Below, in pieces: positions 52,914 through 62,840 of a stretch of DNA of 64,000 nucleotides (the stretch's first letter is position 1; each line of letters begins with the position of its first letter). The position numbers and the translations under genes were made by a program. Source of the DNA: Dehalococcoidia bacterium. Lineage in GTDB: Bacteria > Chloroflexota > Dehalococcoidia > Plut-88900. The notes beneath the pieces are model-generated. The model was not told the origin of the DNA. It saw only the letters and a program-made list of their open reading frames with translations, and ran no database searches. The stretch lies in assembly GCA_965207225.1 (NCBI GenBank), contig CBDBLV010000001.1:32001-96000 (forward strand), read 5' to 3'.

Positions 52914-53262
52914 CGAACAAACCCCCCTCGTCCTCAGGGGCGAGGGGGGTTCTCGCGGTGCCACCCTAATTTATCCGGCCGCACCCGCTTCACGGCATGT
53001 AACCGCGAATCGGGCACTGCACTGCGGCTGGCCGGCTAATCTCTAACAGGTACGTCCTCGGTCAGGCTTTCGGCCTGCCTCGGAGATACCCTGGGCCCTG
53101 GTAACGGCGCCCCTTCCGTCCAAGCCTACTCCCCCGACTCCCGTCGGCCTTTCGGTTGGCGACTCCCGGGTCCATTCAGCCTCCGCGCTGAGGTCGGCTC
53201 TCACCTGCCCCGACTCTCTGGCCCCCGCTTCAGGCTTACTACTCCCGTTCGCTGTCTTTATT
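52914..53262 (-). promoter_or_regulatory. T-box riboswitch with Trp (UGG) specifier and intrinsic terminator
   Basis: Minus strand: stem I AGTAG..AGAGA..GGTGAGAG..GCTGAA-TGG-A (codon at 53172-53174), CCGTTA, T-box AATTAGGGTGGCACCGCG, terminator AACCCCCCTCG..CGAGGGGGGTTTGTT. Confidence 0.9.
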
Positions 53263-53454
53263 TCGATTTTGCTGTAGCTAAAAGGCTAATACGTCTATGC
53301 CCAAACGTCAAACCCAGACATCGTTTGACTCTCCAACCGGCAGAGCCCCCGTCCCCGGTTTTGCACTAGGAACGGGGGCCTCCTTTGCTGAAGCGACCTC
53401 TTAAGGAACGCTTCTATTGATTTTGGCAGCCTTCACCCCGACCCTATGCCCTGC

Positions 53455-54789
53455 TTACTGCGTCGCCAGCAGGTACTGCTCGTTGGCCCAGTCCAGGTTT
53501 TCACCCAGCCAGACTTCGTCCCACAGAATCGAGTACGGAATGTTGGCGCCGGAGGTCGGCAGTTCGTCTCTGACCTCGTCGTACGCGGGATCATCCATGA
53601 AAGCGAAGGACTTCTTGTTGATGGGGCCGTAGGTGATGAACTGGGCTATCCTGACGTTCTTTTCGGGGAAGGTCGCCCATGCTATGGCAAGATTGACCAG
53701 GTCGAATTTCTCCGGGTCCTGCTCTTTGAGCCCCTTCGCCACCGTCCATCCGCCTGTTCCGGTCATGAAACCGCACTCCCAGCATATCTCGATGGGCGCT
53801 CCTGTCTGCTGGGCGTCGAAGATTCTGCCGTTCCATGCGCTGCACATATCGACTTCGCCCGATATCAGAAATTCTGGGCACTGCGAGCCCGTGTCCCAGT
53901 AAATGATGTTGTTTCCGGCTTCCTTAGTCCATTCGGCAAACCAGGCGAAGTCCTCTTCCATCTGCTCCCGAGAAGGCGTCGCGATCTCCAGCTTTCCTTC
54001 GGGGGTGTTCAGCAGATCGGGATTCCTGGCCAGTCTCTGGATTTGAATCTGTCCGCCGTAGGAAACTTCGTTCCGCAGAGAGCGTCGTCCGGGGAAATTC
54101 TCCAGATCGAAGAAGTCGGCCCAGGTCTTGGGCCCTGTGTCGCCTGGGTACACCTCAGTGTTGTAGGCCAGGATTGTGGACCAGGTAATGCCTCCTCCCG
54201 CTATGTAGGGGCCCGGCGCCCTGACGATATCCAGCAGGTCATCGGCGTTTACGATCGCCGGATCGTATGCCCCCAGACTGTCCGTCTTCAGCAGGGCGGC
54301 AACCTGGTCGGTCCCCAGGTCGATGATGTCCCAGGCGATATTGCCGGTCTCGGCCTGGGTTCGCACCCTGGCTACTCCCGGACCTGGGCTCTCTTCGATT
54401 ATCTCCAGGCCGAACATCTCCCTGAGGGGGTCCAGCCACGCCCGCCTGACCGCCGCCTGGAACGCCCCGCCCTCGGATATGAACGTAAAGCTAGAACCTC
54501 TGCGCTTCTCCAGTTCCGCCTCTATCTCCTCCAGGGTTGCAGGGTTGTCCGCGGTCCACTCGGACAAGGGTCTGATGCCTGTCTCGGGCTCTTCAGGTTC
54601 GGGCTCGGAGGGTGGAGTGGTTGCTGTCGGTTGCGGTGCGGGAGCCGCTTCATCCGGTACGGGCGTCGCCGTCGCCGACGCCCCACACCCCGCCGCCACC
54701 ACCCCTAGGACCACAAGCAACGTGAGAACACCCAGGGAAATCCGTCGCCTCTTGGCGCTCTTGACTCTTTGCCATGCTTCTCGTTTCAT
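53455..54789 (-). CDS. ABC transporter substrate-binding lipoprotein (PotD/polyamine-GABA type)
   Basis: Lipobox VAAGC, Pro/Thr linker, GGAFQ, PKTWADFFDLENFPGRRSL, SGEVDM..AWNGR. Confidence 0.85.
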   Translation of the reverse strand: MKREAWQRVKSAKRRRISLGVLTLLVVLGVVAAGCGASATATPVPDEAAPAPQPTATTPPSEPEPEEPETGIRPLSEWTADNPATLEEIEAELEKRRGSSFTFISEGGAFQAAVRRAWLDPLREMFGLEIIEESPGPGVARVRTQAETGNIAWDIIDLGTDQVAALLKTDSLGAYDPAIVNADDLLDIVRAPGPYIAGGGITWSTILAYNTEVYPGDTGPKTWADFFDLENFPGRRSLRNEVSYGGQIQIQRLARNPDLLNTPEGKLEIATPSREQMEEDFAWFAEWTKEAGNNIIYWDTGSQCPEFLISGEVDMCSAWNGRIFDAQQTGAPIEICWECGFMTGTGGWTVAKGLKEQDPEKFDLVNLAIAWATFPEKNVRIAQFITYGPINKKSFAFMDDPAYDEVRDELPTSGANIPYSILWDEVWLGENLDWANEQYLLATQ

Positions 54790-55238
54790 TCGACTCCCTC
54801 CTCGTCTGACCGCAGACCGGAGTCCCGTGCCTGCTGCCCCTAGCTACTTCCCACCAGCCGACTTACCTCCATTTACTGCCCTCCTCTCCCCAACATGAAG
54901 CGTTCTCTTCTACACTCTTCCGCCCCAAGTACCCTGGATTTAGTTTTCGGATTTCACTTATTGGTCTGGGTAGATTGTCTTCTCTCGTCTCGTTGCTGAC
55001 CGCGGTCCTGTAATCGATTGAAAGCAAAGTCACTCGGATCAGGGTATTGGTCGTCTGCACACGACCCCGTCGTGCCCCACCCCTCCCGTCCCCACCCCCG
55101 TCTGCTATCTTGCCACAACCTCCCCACTCTTGCTACTTAAGCCTCAAAAATGCAAATTGAAAACAAGCGCATCGAGCCTCGGGCCCAAAAGGAAAACGCG
55201 TGAAGAAGTTTCGGGACTAAGGGTGTGGACTTGCGAGG

Positions 55239-56198
55239 CTAACAGAGCCCGTTCGGAGAAGCTTTCCGCCGGATAACGCTCTTCGCCGCCTGAGTTATCC
55301 GCTCCGGCGTAAGCCCCCGCAGCTTCAACAGCTGTTCCGCCTCCCCCGACGGACTGTAGACCTCGTCTATCGCCACCATTGACAGCGGGACAGGGCAGTG
55401 CTCACCCAGCACCTCCGCCACTATGCTCCCGAGACCCCCGTGCTTCAGATGCTCCTCTGCCGTCACCACCGCTCCCGTGTCCCGGGCGCACTGCAGCACC
55501 GTCTCCCGGTCCAGGGGTTTCAGCGTCGAGACGTTCACCACCCGCGCCCCGATCGACTCCCGAGCCAGGGCCTCCGCCGCTTCCAGCGCCATGCCCACCA
55601 TTATCCCGGTGGCCAGAATCGTCACGTCCGTGCCCGGCCCGAATACCTCCGCCTTCCCAATCTGGAACCGGTAGCCTTCGGGACATACCAGTGGTGTAGC
55701 CGGCCGGTTCAGCCGCAGGTAGCAGGGGCCCTTCATCTCGGCCAGGGCCCGGACCGCCTGTGTAGTCTCCTCTGCATCCGCCGGCACCACCACCGTGAAC
55801 CCGACCAGCGAGCACATCAATGCCAGGTCCTCGATCCCGTGCGCCGACATCCCGTCCGGGCCCGTGATTATCCCCGCATGAGTGACAACTATCTTAACGT
55901 TTGCCCGGGCCTGCGCTATCGATATCCTGATCTGGTCGAACGGCCTACCCGACCCAAAAACCGCAAACGTGCTCACGAAAGGAATCTTCCCCACCGCCGC
56001 CAGCCCCGAGGCTATCCCCATCATGTTCTGCTCCGCCGCCCCGCAGTCGAAGAACCTGTCCGGGAACTCCTTCGCGAACAGCGTTGTCATCGTCGACTTG
56101 TTAAGGTCCCCACCGATGACCACAATGTCGGGGTTGCTTCGCCCCAGCTCCACCAGGGCCTCGCCGTAGGCCTGTCGGGTGGCGACCTTCGTTACCAA
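55239..56198 (-). CDS. Transketolase, C-terminal subunit
   Basis: ATRQAYGEAL, AEQNM, GPDGMSAH, TAEEH..GGLGS. Confidence 0.92.
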   Translation of the reverse strand: MVTKVATRQAYGEALVELGRSNPDIVVIGGDLNKSTMTTLFAKEFPDRFFDCGAAEQNMMGIASGLAAVGKIPFVSTFAVFGSGRPFDQIRISIAQARANVKIVVTHAGIITGPDGMSAHGIEDLALMCSLVGFTVVVPADAEETTQAVRALAEMKGPCYLRLNRPATPLVCPEGYRFQIGKAEVFGPGTDVTILATGIMVGMALEAAEALARESIGARVVNVSTLKPLDRETVLQCARDTGAVVTAEEHLKHGGLGSIVAEVLGEHCPVPLSMVAIDEVYSPSGEAEQLLKLRGLTPERITQAAKSVIRRKASPNGLC

Positions 56199-56202
56199 GG
56201 CT

Positions 56203-57042
56203 CTAACCTATCTCCGCGAGAGCGGCCTTGAGTTCGTCCGCGTTGGGGGCCTTGCCGTGAAAGTCGGGGTTGTTCTCCATGAAGCTGATCCCCTTCCCTT
56301 TCACCGTCCGGGCGATGATCGTGTGCCGCTTCCCATCCCTCTCCGAAGCATTGCTCAATGCCTCCACCATCTGCCTCAGGTTGTGCCCGTCCGCCTCATG
56401 CACCTCCCACCCGAAGGCCCGCCATTTGTCGGGCAGCGGCTCCAGGTTCATCGCCTCGTGAGTCCACCGGTCGTTTTGGATGCCGTTCCGGTCCACCACC
56501 ACCGTGATGTTGTCTAGCCCGAAATGCGACGCCGCCATCGCAGCCTCCCAGATCTGTCCCTCGTCGCACTCCCCGTCCCCGACCAGCACGTAAACGTTGT
56601 GCTCGCTCCCGTCCAACCGGCCCCCCAGCGCCATCCCCACCCCTACGGACAAACCCTGCCCCAGCGAGCCGGAGCAGTGTTCGACGCCCGGCGTCGAGTT
56701 GTGGCAGTGCCCGTGCAGCCGGCTGTCAACCTTGCGGAAAGTCGCCAGTTCCTCCACCGGAAAGTACCCCGCTTCCGCCAGCGTCGAATACAGGACAGGA
56801 GTACAGTGGCCCTTGCTCAGGATGAACCTGTCGCGGCCTGACCACTCGGGGTTGTCGGGGTCGTGCCTGAGCACATTGAAATAGAGCGCCGTCAGGATTT
56901 CAACTGCAGAAAGGGAACCGCCCGGGTGTCCACTCCCCGCGGCCGCCGTCATTTCGACAATGTGTCGGCGTATAGCCCTGGTCAGGCCCGACATATCCTC
57001 CATGGACAGCTTTGCGCGCGCTCGTTGGCCGTTCGTCATCAA
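56203..57042 (-). CDS. Transketolase, N-terminal subunit
   Basis: SGHPGGSLS, DRFILSKGH, GSLGQG, GDGECDEGQIWEA. Confidence 0.92.
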   Translation of the reverse strand: MMTNGQRARAKLSMEDMSGLTRAIRRHIVEMTAAAGSGHPGGSLSAVEILTALYFNVLRHDPDNPEWSGRDRFILSKGHCTPVLYSTLAEAGYFPVEELATFRKVDSRLHGHCHNSTPGVEHCSGSLGQGLSVGVGMALGGRLDGSEHNVYVLVGDGECDEGQIWEAAMAASHFGLDNITVVVDRNGIQNDRWTHEAMNLEPLPDKWRAFGWEVHEADGHNLRQMVEALSNASERDGKRHTIIARTVKGKGISFMENNPDFHGKAPNADELKAALAEIG

Positions 57043-57314
57043 TTTGCTGGCAGTGGAGTTAGGGCCGAGAAGTGTGTAATCGAAGCTTCAGTCATTTGGT
57101 GTCAGGGCGCCGCCGTCGCCTCTGTGATGACCCATTATAGGGCCCTCTTCCGGCCACTGTCCATAATATGCCGCCCTAATTTGCACTTGACTCTCAGTGC
57201 CAAAACGGAAGTACAGCGAGTCCCTCTCCGGGTGGAGGGGCCGCTCGTGCTGATGCTCCTCTTAAGCCTGCCCCGATTCCCTCGAGGGGTATGAGCGGGG
57301 GGATGCACGCGTTC

Positions 57315-57728
57315 CTACCCCGCTCCCTCCTCGCACGCCTCCCGGTAGCTCTCCAGGAAGGGACTCAGCAGGGGCACGAACCTCATCAGCTTGTGCATCG
57401 GCACGCCCTTCAGCTTTATCTGCCCCGACAAAAACATCTTCGCCATGTTCCCCCGACCGTATACCACCTGGTGCAGCCGCTCCGCATCCATCGTGATATG
57501 CGCATCCGCCGACCCATCTATCGATTCTGCATACCCGAAGTTCCCCTCCGAGTCGAGCACCGTGTACGCCGAAAGCTCGTAGTCCGGGAAGTCCCACCGC
57601 AGCGACTTGAAAATCTTGTACAGCTTCCCCACGCTCTCCGTCGACACCTTGCCTCCCGTCAGCTCCAGCGTCCGACGCATCACCTTCGGGAACTCCTCTT
57701 TGACCGGTATCTCTACTGCCTCAGGCAT
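57315..57728 (-). CDS. SCP2 sterol-binding-domain-like protein
   Basis: ADAHITMDAE.L..GRGNMAKMFLSGQIKLKG. Confidence 0.7.
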   Translation of the reverse strand: MPEAVEIPVKEEFPKVMRRTLELTGGKVSTESVGKLYKIFKSLRWDFPDYELSAYTVLDSEGNFGYAESIDGSADAHITMDAERLHQVVYGRGNMAKMFLSGQIKLKGVPMHKLMRFVPLLSPFLESYREACEEGAG

Positions 57729-58146
57729 GCCCTTTCCCTTCTGCCCAATGCTCTGACTCCTATAGTATATATCCTCCCACCCCGCCCTCCCCTTCCGTCA
57801 TTCCCGAGTAGTCGGGAATCTAGGGGTGTGATGGTGTGGGGAAGTCCAGTCTTCTCTCTCCCGTAGGGGCGACCCGCCGGTCGCCCTGGGGAGGTGGGTG
57901 GCCCACGCATCTACGGATTCTCGCATGCTTCCACCACCAAACCGCACCCCTCCATGTCACCCCGAGGCCCCGCGAAGAATCTCCAGCACACCTCCCTAAA
58001 CCCACCCCTGCAATCCCACTCACCCCTCCCCCCCTTGGCAAAGACATACCAAAAATGCACTGCATTCTTGGTATGTCAATAAATCAGGGCGGGTGGTCGG
58101 GACTCCATTTAGTCCGGGGGGATAGGGAGAAGCGCTCCCCCTCCCT

Positions 58147-58330
58147 CCCAGTACTGAACTAGAGGCCCACGTGGGTGCGTCGCACCCACGTGGGCCTCTG
58201 TTCTTTTTCATTCCCTCTCCCTCGATGGGAGAAGGTTAGGGTGAGGGTGAGACGAGTGCCGAGAGACCAGTCATGCAAAGCCCTCTTAGTGGCCCTATGG
58301 GAGAGGGAGACCAAAAGGGGTAAGGATTCC
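58147..58330 (+). repeat. CAGTAC variable-hairpin repeat, copy G (with insertion)
   Basis: Hairpin stem identical to copy A with a different loop (GTC). Confidence 0.8.
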
Positions 58331-58592
58331 CGCCCTCGGCGGCGGGGATGCTTCTGGACCCCGTCGCCTCTGCCATCTCCAAGCACGCCCTATTGTGTCA
58401 TCCCGAGGCCCCGCGAGGGATCTCCAGCACCCCTCCCCAAATCCACTTCTATTTCACACCGCTCCCGGCCGTTCCCCCTTGCCAACGAATTACCAGAAAT
58501 TTGCCGAGGCAAATTTCTGGTAATTCAAAAGACCGGGCGGGCGGGTGGGACTCATATTATTTCCGGGGGGTTGGGAAGGGCACTCTTCCCTT

Positions 58593-58713
58593 CCCCCAGT
58601 ACCAAACTAGAGGGAAGCGCCTGCGCCATGGCGCAGGCGCTTCCCTCTGTTTTTTCCTCCCCCTCTCCCTTACAGGCCCTAAGGGAGAGGGGGAGGAAGG
58701 GGGAGAGGGTTCC
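58593..58713 (+). repeat. CAGTAC variable-hairpin repeat, copy H
   Basis: Hairpin GAGGGAAGCGCCTGCGCCATGGCGCAGGCGCTTCCCTC; precedes non-coding unit 3. Confidence 0.85.
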
Positions 58714-58815
58714 CTCGTGGGGCTGGGGGTATCCCTCCCCCCAACAAATCAGACCAATCCGTCAATCCCATGAAGCACAGTTCAGATATTCCTCCCAAAA
58801 GCCGCACATTTGCTC

Positions 58816-58844
58816 TTGACACATCTGTCCGGCAGTACTATCAT
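58816..58844 (+). promoter_or_regulatory. Sigma70-type promoter of non-coding unit 3
   Basis: TTGACA-N17-TATCAT; context nearly identical to 6360-6406. Confidence 0.7.
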
Positions 58845-58849
58845 ATCCT

Positions 58850-59640
58850 GCGACAGAACAAATATCTCACTATCAAAGGAGGAAACCAAAACCCAGGGAA
58901 ACCCCCGAGACCCGACCCAAGGCATCGCCCCCGAGAAATCGGGGGACTCAACGCCCTAACCCATCCCAATACCTATCTCCTCTCTTGTAGGGGCGACCGG
59001 CCAATCGCCCCCCTTGCGAGGCAGGCAGGTTGCGGCACAAGCGACAGCGTTATCCCCGAGACGTCGGGGACGCCACCTCCTCATCCCACGGGTCTCGTGC
59101 CCCCTTCCCTGTCCCCCGGGCGATGGAAAGACGCCCTGGATAGAAGCCAAGCAGACCGGCCATCCCCCGCCGAGAGACCGTCTCGGAGGTCGGTCTGTAG
59201 CGAACTTGCGCTATATCAAGATAGGGGTGGCGGGCTGGCTAGCCCCGCTCCGGACAAGTTACCGGTGGTTGGCCCGTCGGCGAGCTTACGCCACACCGAA
59301 TCAAGCATAACCTGGGGTCGCTGGGGCACTCGGGACCTGCGGGTGCGCCACGTAATAGAAACTCCCGGGGGCTAACGGCCCGATCACTGGCCCTCACTGC
59401 GCCCTGAGGGCGCCTGGGAGCGGGTCAAGGCCCGGCTGTCCGCCCGAACAGCCGGAGCACAAATCGAGCAGAAGGGTGCGGCCGGCTGCAATCCGCCCCC
59501 GGCGGACCTCCATGGCCCCGGACAGCTGGAACACCGCATGGTAGGGACCACCGGCTCACCAGGTGCGTCTTCCATCGCCGCCCCAAAACCCAACAGACAG
59601 ACCCAAAACCCGAAACCCCACAACTGAATAAAAACCCGGC
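58850..59640 (+). ncRNA. Putative structured ncRNA unit 3
   Basis: AAAGGAGG at 58875, CACGGGTCTCGTG at 59087, closing IR GGCGATGGAAAGACGCCCTGG (59119) / CCAGGTGCGTCTTCCATCGCC (to 59579), A/C-rich tail. Confidence 0.5.
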
Positions 59641-59842
59641 GTGTCACCAGCCTTCCGAACGAGTACACCCCTTGAACCCGACACCCAACACCCTGTACAA
59701 TCGCCCCCGCAGCCGACCGCGAGCGGCGGTAAGCATCTACCGGGCAACCCTACAAAAAGCCCAATGGCCGGTATCATCGGGAACCGGACCGGGCGCTGAA
59801 TAGCATCTTGTGAACCCTCGCGGTCGGTTTGCGAGGGTTTTG

Positions 59843-60817
59843 TTGTACGACACGATAACCGACGTACCCGGCATCCGGGTGGGCCACTACACTGACTCCG
59901 AGGCCGTCACCGGCTGCACCGTAGTCCTCGCCCTTGAGGGCGCAGTCGCAGGCGTCGACGTACGGGGTGCGGCCCCCGGCACCCGTGAGACCGACCTCCT
60001 CCGACCCCTCAACCTCGTCCAGGAGGCCCACGCCGTCGTCCTCAGCGGTGGCAGTGCCTACGGTCTCGCTGCCGCCGACGGTGTGATGACCTGGCTCGAA
60101 GAGCAGGGAGTCGGCTTTCCCGTGGGCGTGGGTGTCGTTCCTATCGTCGCCTCCGCCATCCTTTTCGACCTCGCCATCGGCGACCCCACCACCCGCCCCC
60201 GCCCCGAGCACGGCTACCAGGCCAGCGCTGCCGCCGATTCTTCCGCCCCGGCCCAGGGCTCCGTAGGTGCAGGCACGGGCGCAACCGTAGGTAAGGCCCT
60301 CGGCCAGGAACGCGCCGTCAAGGGTGGCCTCGGGTGCGCCAGCCGACGCGTGGGCGAATACACCGTCGGGGCCCTCGTCGCAGTCAATGCCCTCGGCAGT
60401 GTCGTAGACGCCGAAACAGGTGAAGTCATCGCCGGCCCCCGTGAACCGAGCGGTCTCGGCTTCCTGGACAGCGTAGACATCCTGGAAGACGTGAAGACTC
60501 CCGTTGCGGCCTCGGCCCTCCAGAACACCACCCTCGCCGTCGTCGCCACCGACGCCCCTCTCACCAAGGAGCAGGCCAACAAGCTCGCCCAGATGGCCCA
60601 CGACGGACTCGCCCTTGCCATCCGACCCGCCCACACCATGTTTGACGGCGACGTCGTATTCGCACTGTCCACAGGCAAAGCCGTCCCCGTCCCCGACGTC
60701 ACCCCCTTCGGCGCCGCCGCCGCCCGGGCCCTCAGCAGCGCCATTGTCAAAGCCCTAACCCACGCCTCTAGCCTCGGAGGCGTCCCCTCAATCACATGCC
60801 TAAACCAGAACTCGTAA
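59843..60817 (+). CDS. P1/S58 (DmpA-like) aminopeptidase
   Basis: ITDVPGIRVGH, VDVRGAAPGTRETDLL, LSGGSAYGL, NTTLAVVATD, HTMFDGD. Start uncertain. Confidence 0.9.
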   Translation: MYDTITDVPGIRVGHYTDSEAVTGCTVVLALEGAVAGVDVRGAAPGTRETDLLRPLNLVQEAHAVVLSGGSAYGLAAADGVMTWLEEQGVGFPVGVGVVPIVASAILFDLAIGDPTTRPRPEHGYQASAAADSSAPAQGSVGAGTGATVGKALGQERAVKGGLGCASRRVGEYTVGALVAVNALGSVVDAETGEVIAGPREPSGLGFLDSVDILEDVKTPVAASALQNTTLAVVATDAPLTKEQANKLAQMAHDGLALAIRPAHTMFDGDVVFALSTGKAVPVPDVTPFGAAAARALSSAIVKALTHASSLGGVPSITCLNQNS

Positions 60818-60970
60818 CAGGGAGAACACAGAAGAATCGGGGTGTGCAGAGGGGCAGCGCCCCTCGCCGGGAGTCTGAGGGTGTCCCTCAGAATAACTTC
60901 TTTTCTCCCGGGGTGGGGGGCCATGAGAAAGTGTCTAAGCATCCTTCCATAGGTAGCAAGGAGAGTCGTA

Positions 60971-61807
60971 ATGCGTAAGACCACTGCGTCCATCATCAAG
61001 ATGAAACGGGACGGTGAGAAGATCCCCATGCTCACCGCCTACGACTATCCTACCGCCAGAGCCCTCGACGAACTGGGCATCCCCATGATCCTCGTCGGCG
61101 ACAGCCTGGGCATGGTAGTCCTCGGCTACGAGTCCACCGTCTACGTCACCATGGACGACATGGTCCACCACACGAAGGCCGTGGCCCGGGGCGCCAAGCG
61201 CTCCCTCATCGTCTCAGACCTCCCCTTCATGAGCTACCGATGCGGCAACGACGAGGCCCTCAAGAACTCAGCCCGGCTCCTCCAGGAGGGCGGCGCCCAG
61301 GCCGTCAAGATGGAGGGTGGGGTCTCGGTGGCCGACACCGTCCGCCATATAGTCGAGAGTGGCATCCCGGTCATGGGCCATATTGGCCTAACCCCTCAGT
61401 CGGTGAATCAGCTCGGCGGGTACCGCATCCAGGGCAAGACCCCCGAGAAGGCTGCCCAGCTACTCCGCGACGCCAAGGCCCTTGAAGACGCTGGAGTGTT
61501 CTCCATCGTACTCGAATGCGTCCCCGCCCCCCTCGCCCGACTCATCACCGAGCGCGTTTCCGTCCCCACCATCGGCATCGGCGCAGGAGCCCACTGCGAC
61601 GGCCAGGTCCAGGTCATCAATGACATCCTCGCCACCTGCCCCGACTTCACCCCCCGCCACGCCCGCACCTACGCCTCCATAGGCGCCGCCACCGCCGACG
61701 CCATAGCCCGCTACCGTGACGACGTCCGGTCCTCCCAATTCCCCACCGATAAACAGAGCTTCAACATGGATCCCAGCGTCCTCTCCGAGTTGATGCAGTA
61801 CGCGTAG
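60971..61807 (+). CDS. panB: 3-methyl-2-oxobutanoate hydroxymethyltransferase
   Basis: MLTAYD, LVGDSLGM, AVKMEGG, MGHIGLTPQS, TIGIGAG..CDGQVQV. Confidence 0.97.
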   Translation: MRKTTASIIKMKRDGEKIPMLTAYDYPTARALDELGIPMILVGDSLGMVVLGYESTVYVTMDDMVHHTKAVARGAKRSLIVSDLPFMSYRCGNDEALKNSARLLQEGGAQAVKMEGGVSVADTVRHIVESGIPVMGHIGLTPQSVNQLGGYRIQGKTPEKAAQLLRDAKALEDAGVFSIVLECVPAPLARLITERVSVPTIGIGAGAHCDGQVQVINDILATCPDFTPRHARTYASIGAATADAIARYRDDVRSSQFPTDKQSFNMDPSVLSELMQYA

Positions 61808-61826
61808 CCTGCTCTCTCCATATCCC

Positions 61827-62663
61827 ATGCAGGTCCTGGAGACTATCTCTGACTTTCGAGCCGCCCGGGCCTCGACCCCCGGTTCCCTCGGCCTCGTCCC
61901 GACTATGGGCTACCTCCACCGCGGCCACATGGCCCTCGTCGAACGTGCAGCCGTCGAGAACGACGCCGTAGCCGCCTCCATTTTCGTCAACCCCACCCAG
62001 TTCGGCCCCGACGAGGACTTCATGTCCTACCCCCGTGACCTCGACCGTGACCTCAAGATGCTCGACGAGGCCGGCGTCAGCCTCGTCTTCACCCCAACCC
62101 CTGAGGAGATGTACCGCCCCGGCTCCCACACCAGGGTCGACCCCGGCCCCATCGCCAATCTCCACGAAGGCGCCTCGAGGCCCGGCCACTTCATCGGCGT
62201 CGCCACCGTTGTTTCCAAGCTCTTCCACATCGTCCAGCCCGACCGTGCCTACTTCGGCCAGAAGGACGCTCAGCAGCTCGTCATCATCCGACGTATGGTC
62301 GGGGACCTCGACTTCCCCCTCGAAGTCGTCGGCGTACCCACCGTTCGCGAGCCCGACGGCCTCGCCATCAGTAGCCGCAACGTCTACCTGACGCCCGATC
62401 AACGCCAGGCCGCTACAGTTCTCTGGAAAGCCCTCTCTCGTGCCCAGGCTCTCTGCAACGAAGGTGTCCTCTCCTGCCCCGACATCACCTCCGAGATGGC
62501 CCGCATCATCAACTCCCAACTCCTCGCCCAACTCGACTACGCCACCATCGCCCACCCCGAAACCCTCCTACCCCTCACCGCAGCCCAAAACGGCGCCCTC
62601 GCCCTGCTCGCTGTCCAAATAGGTGACACCCGCCTCATAGACAACCTCCCCCTGATCATCTAA
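61827..62663 (+). CDS. panC: Pantoate-beta-alanine ligase
   Basis: VPTMGYLHRGH, SIFVNPTQF, RPGHF, FGQKDAQQ, REPDGLAISSRN, RLIDN. Confidence 0.97.
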   Translation: MQVLETISDFRAARASTPGSLGLVPTMGYLHRGHMALVERAAVENDAVAASIFVNPTQFGPDEDFMSYPRDLDRDLKMLDEAGVSLVFTPTPEEMYRPGSHTRVDPGPIANLHEGASRPGHFIGVATVVSKLFHIVQPDRAYFGQKDAQQLVIIRRMVGDLDFPLEVVGVPTVREPDGLAISSRNVYLTPDQRQAATVLWKALSRAQALCNEGVLSCPDITSEMARIINSQLLAQLDYATIAHPETLLPLTAAQNGALALLAVQIGDTRLIDNLPLII

Positions 62664-62840
62664 CCCCCTTTTCCCGTCATTCCTGACTCCAATCGGGAGT
62701 CCATCCCCGGTTGCGGGGCCGCTCGTGCTGAGGCACTCGAAGTATGAGCGGTGGGCGGTTCGCGTTCACCCATCCGTCACCTACGACGACCCCCACTATG
62801 CTAAACTCTCCCCGCATTTCACCACGGAGCACCCCCGACC

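Noticed and set aside
58770-59375. 201-aa ORF and similar ORFs over units 1 and 2 (6372-6632, 6517-6762, 37674-38138)
   Set aside because: They run through promoter and repeat sequence, lack an RBS and host codon bias, and frames are not conserved between copies.
58850-59640. RNase P, tmRNA, 6S or SRP identity for the units (tails of units 2 and 3 end in A(G/A)ACCCGGC)
   Set aside because: No GAGGAAAGTCC core, no tRNA-like ends, no SRP loop motif; three divergent copies do not fit single-copy housekeeping RNAs.
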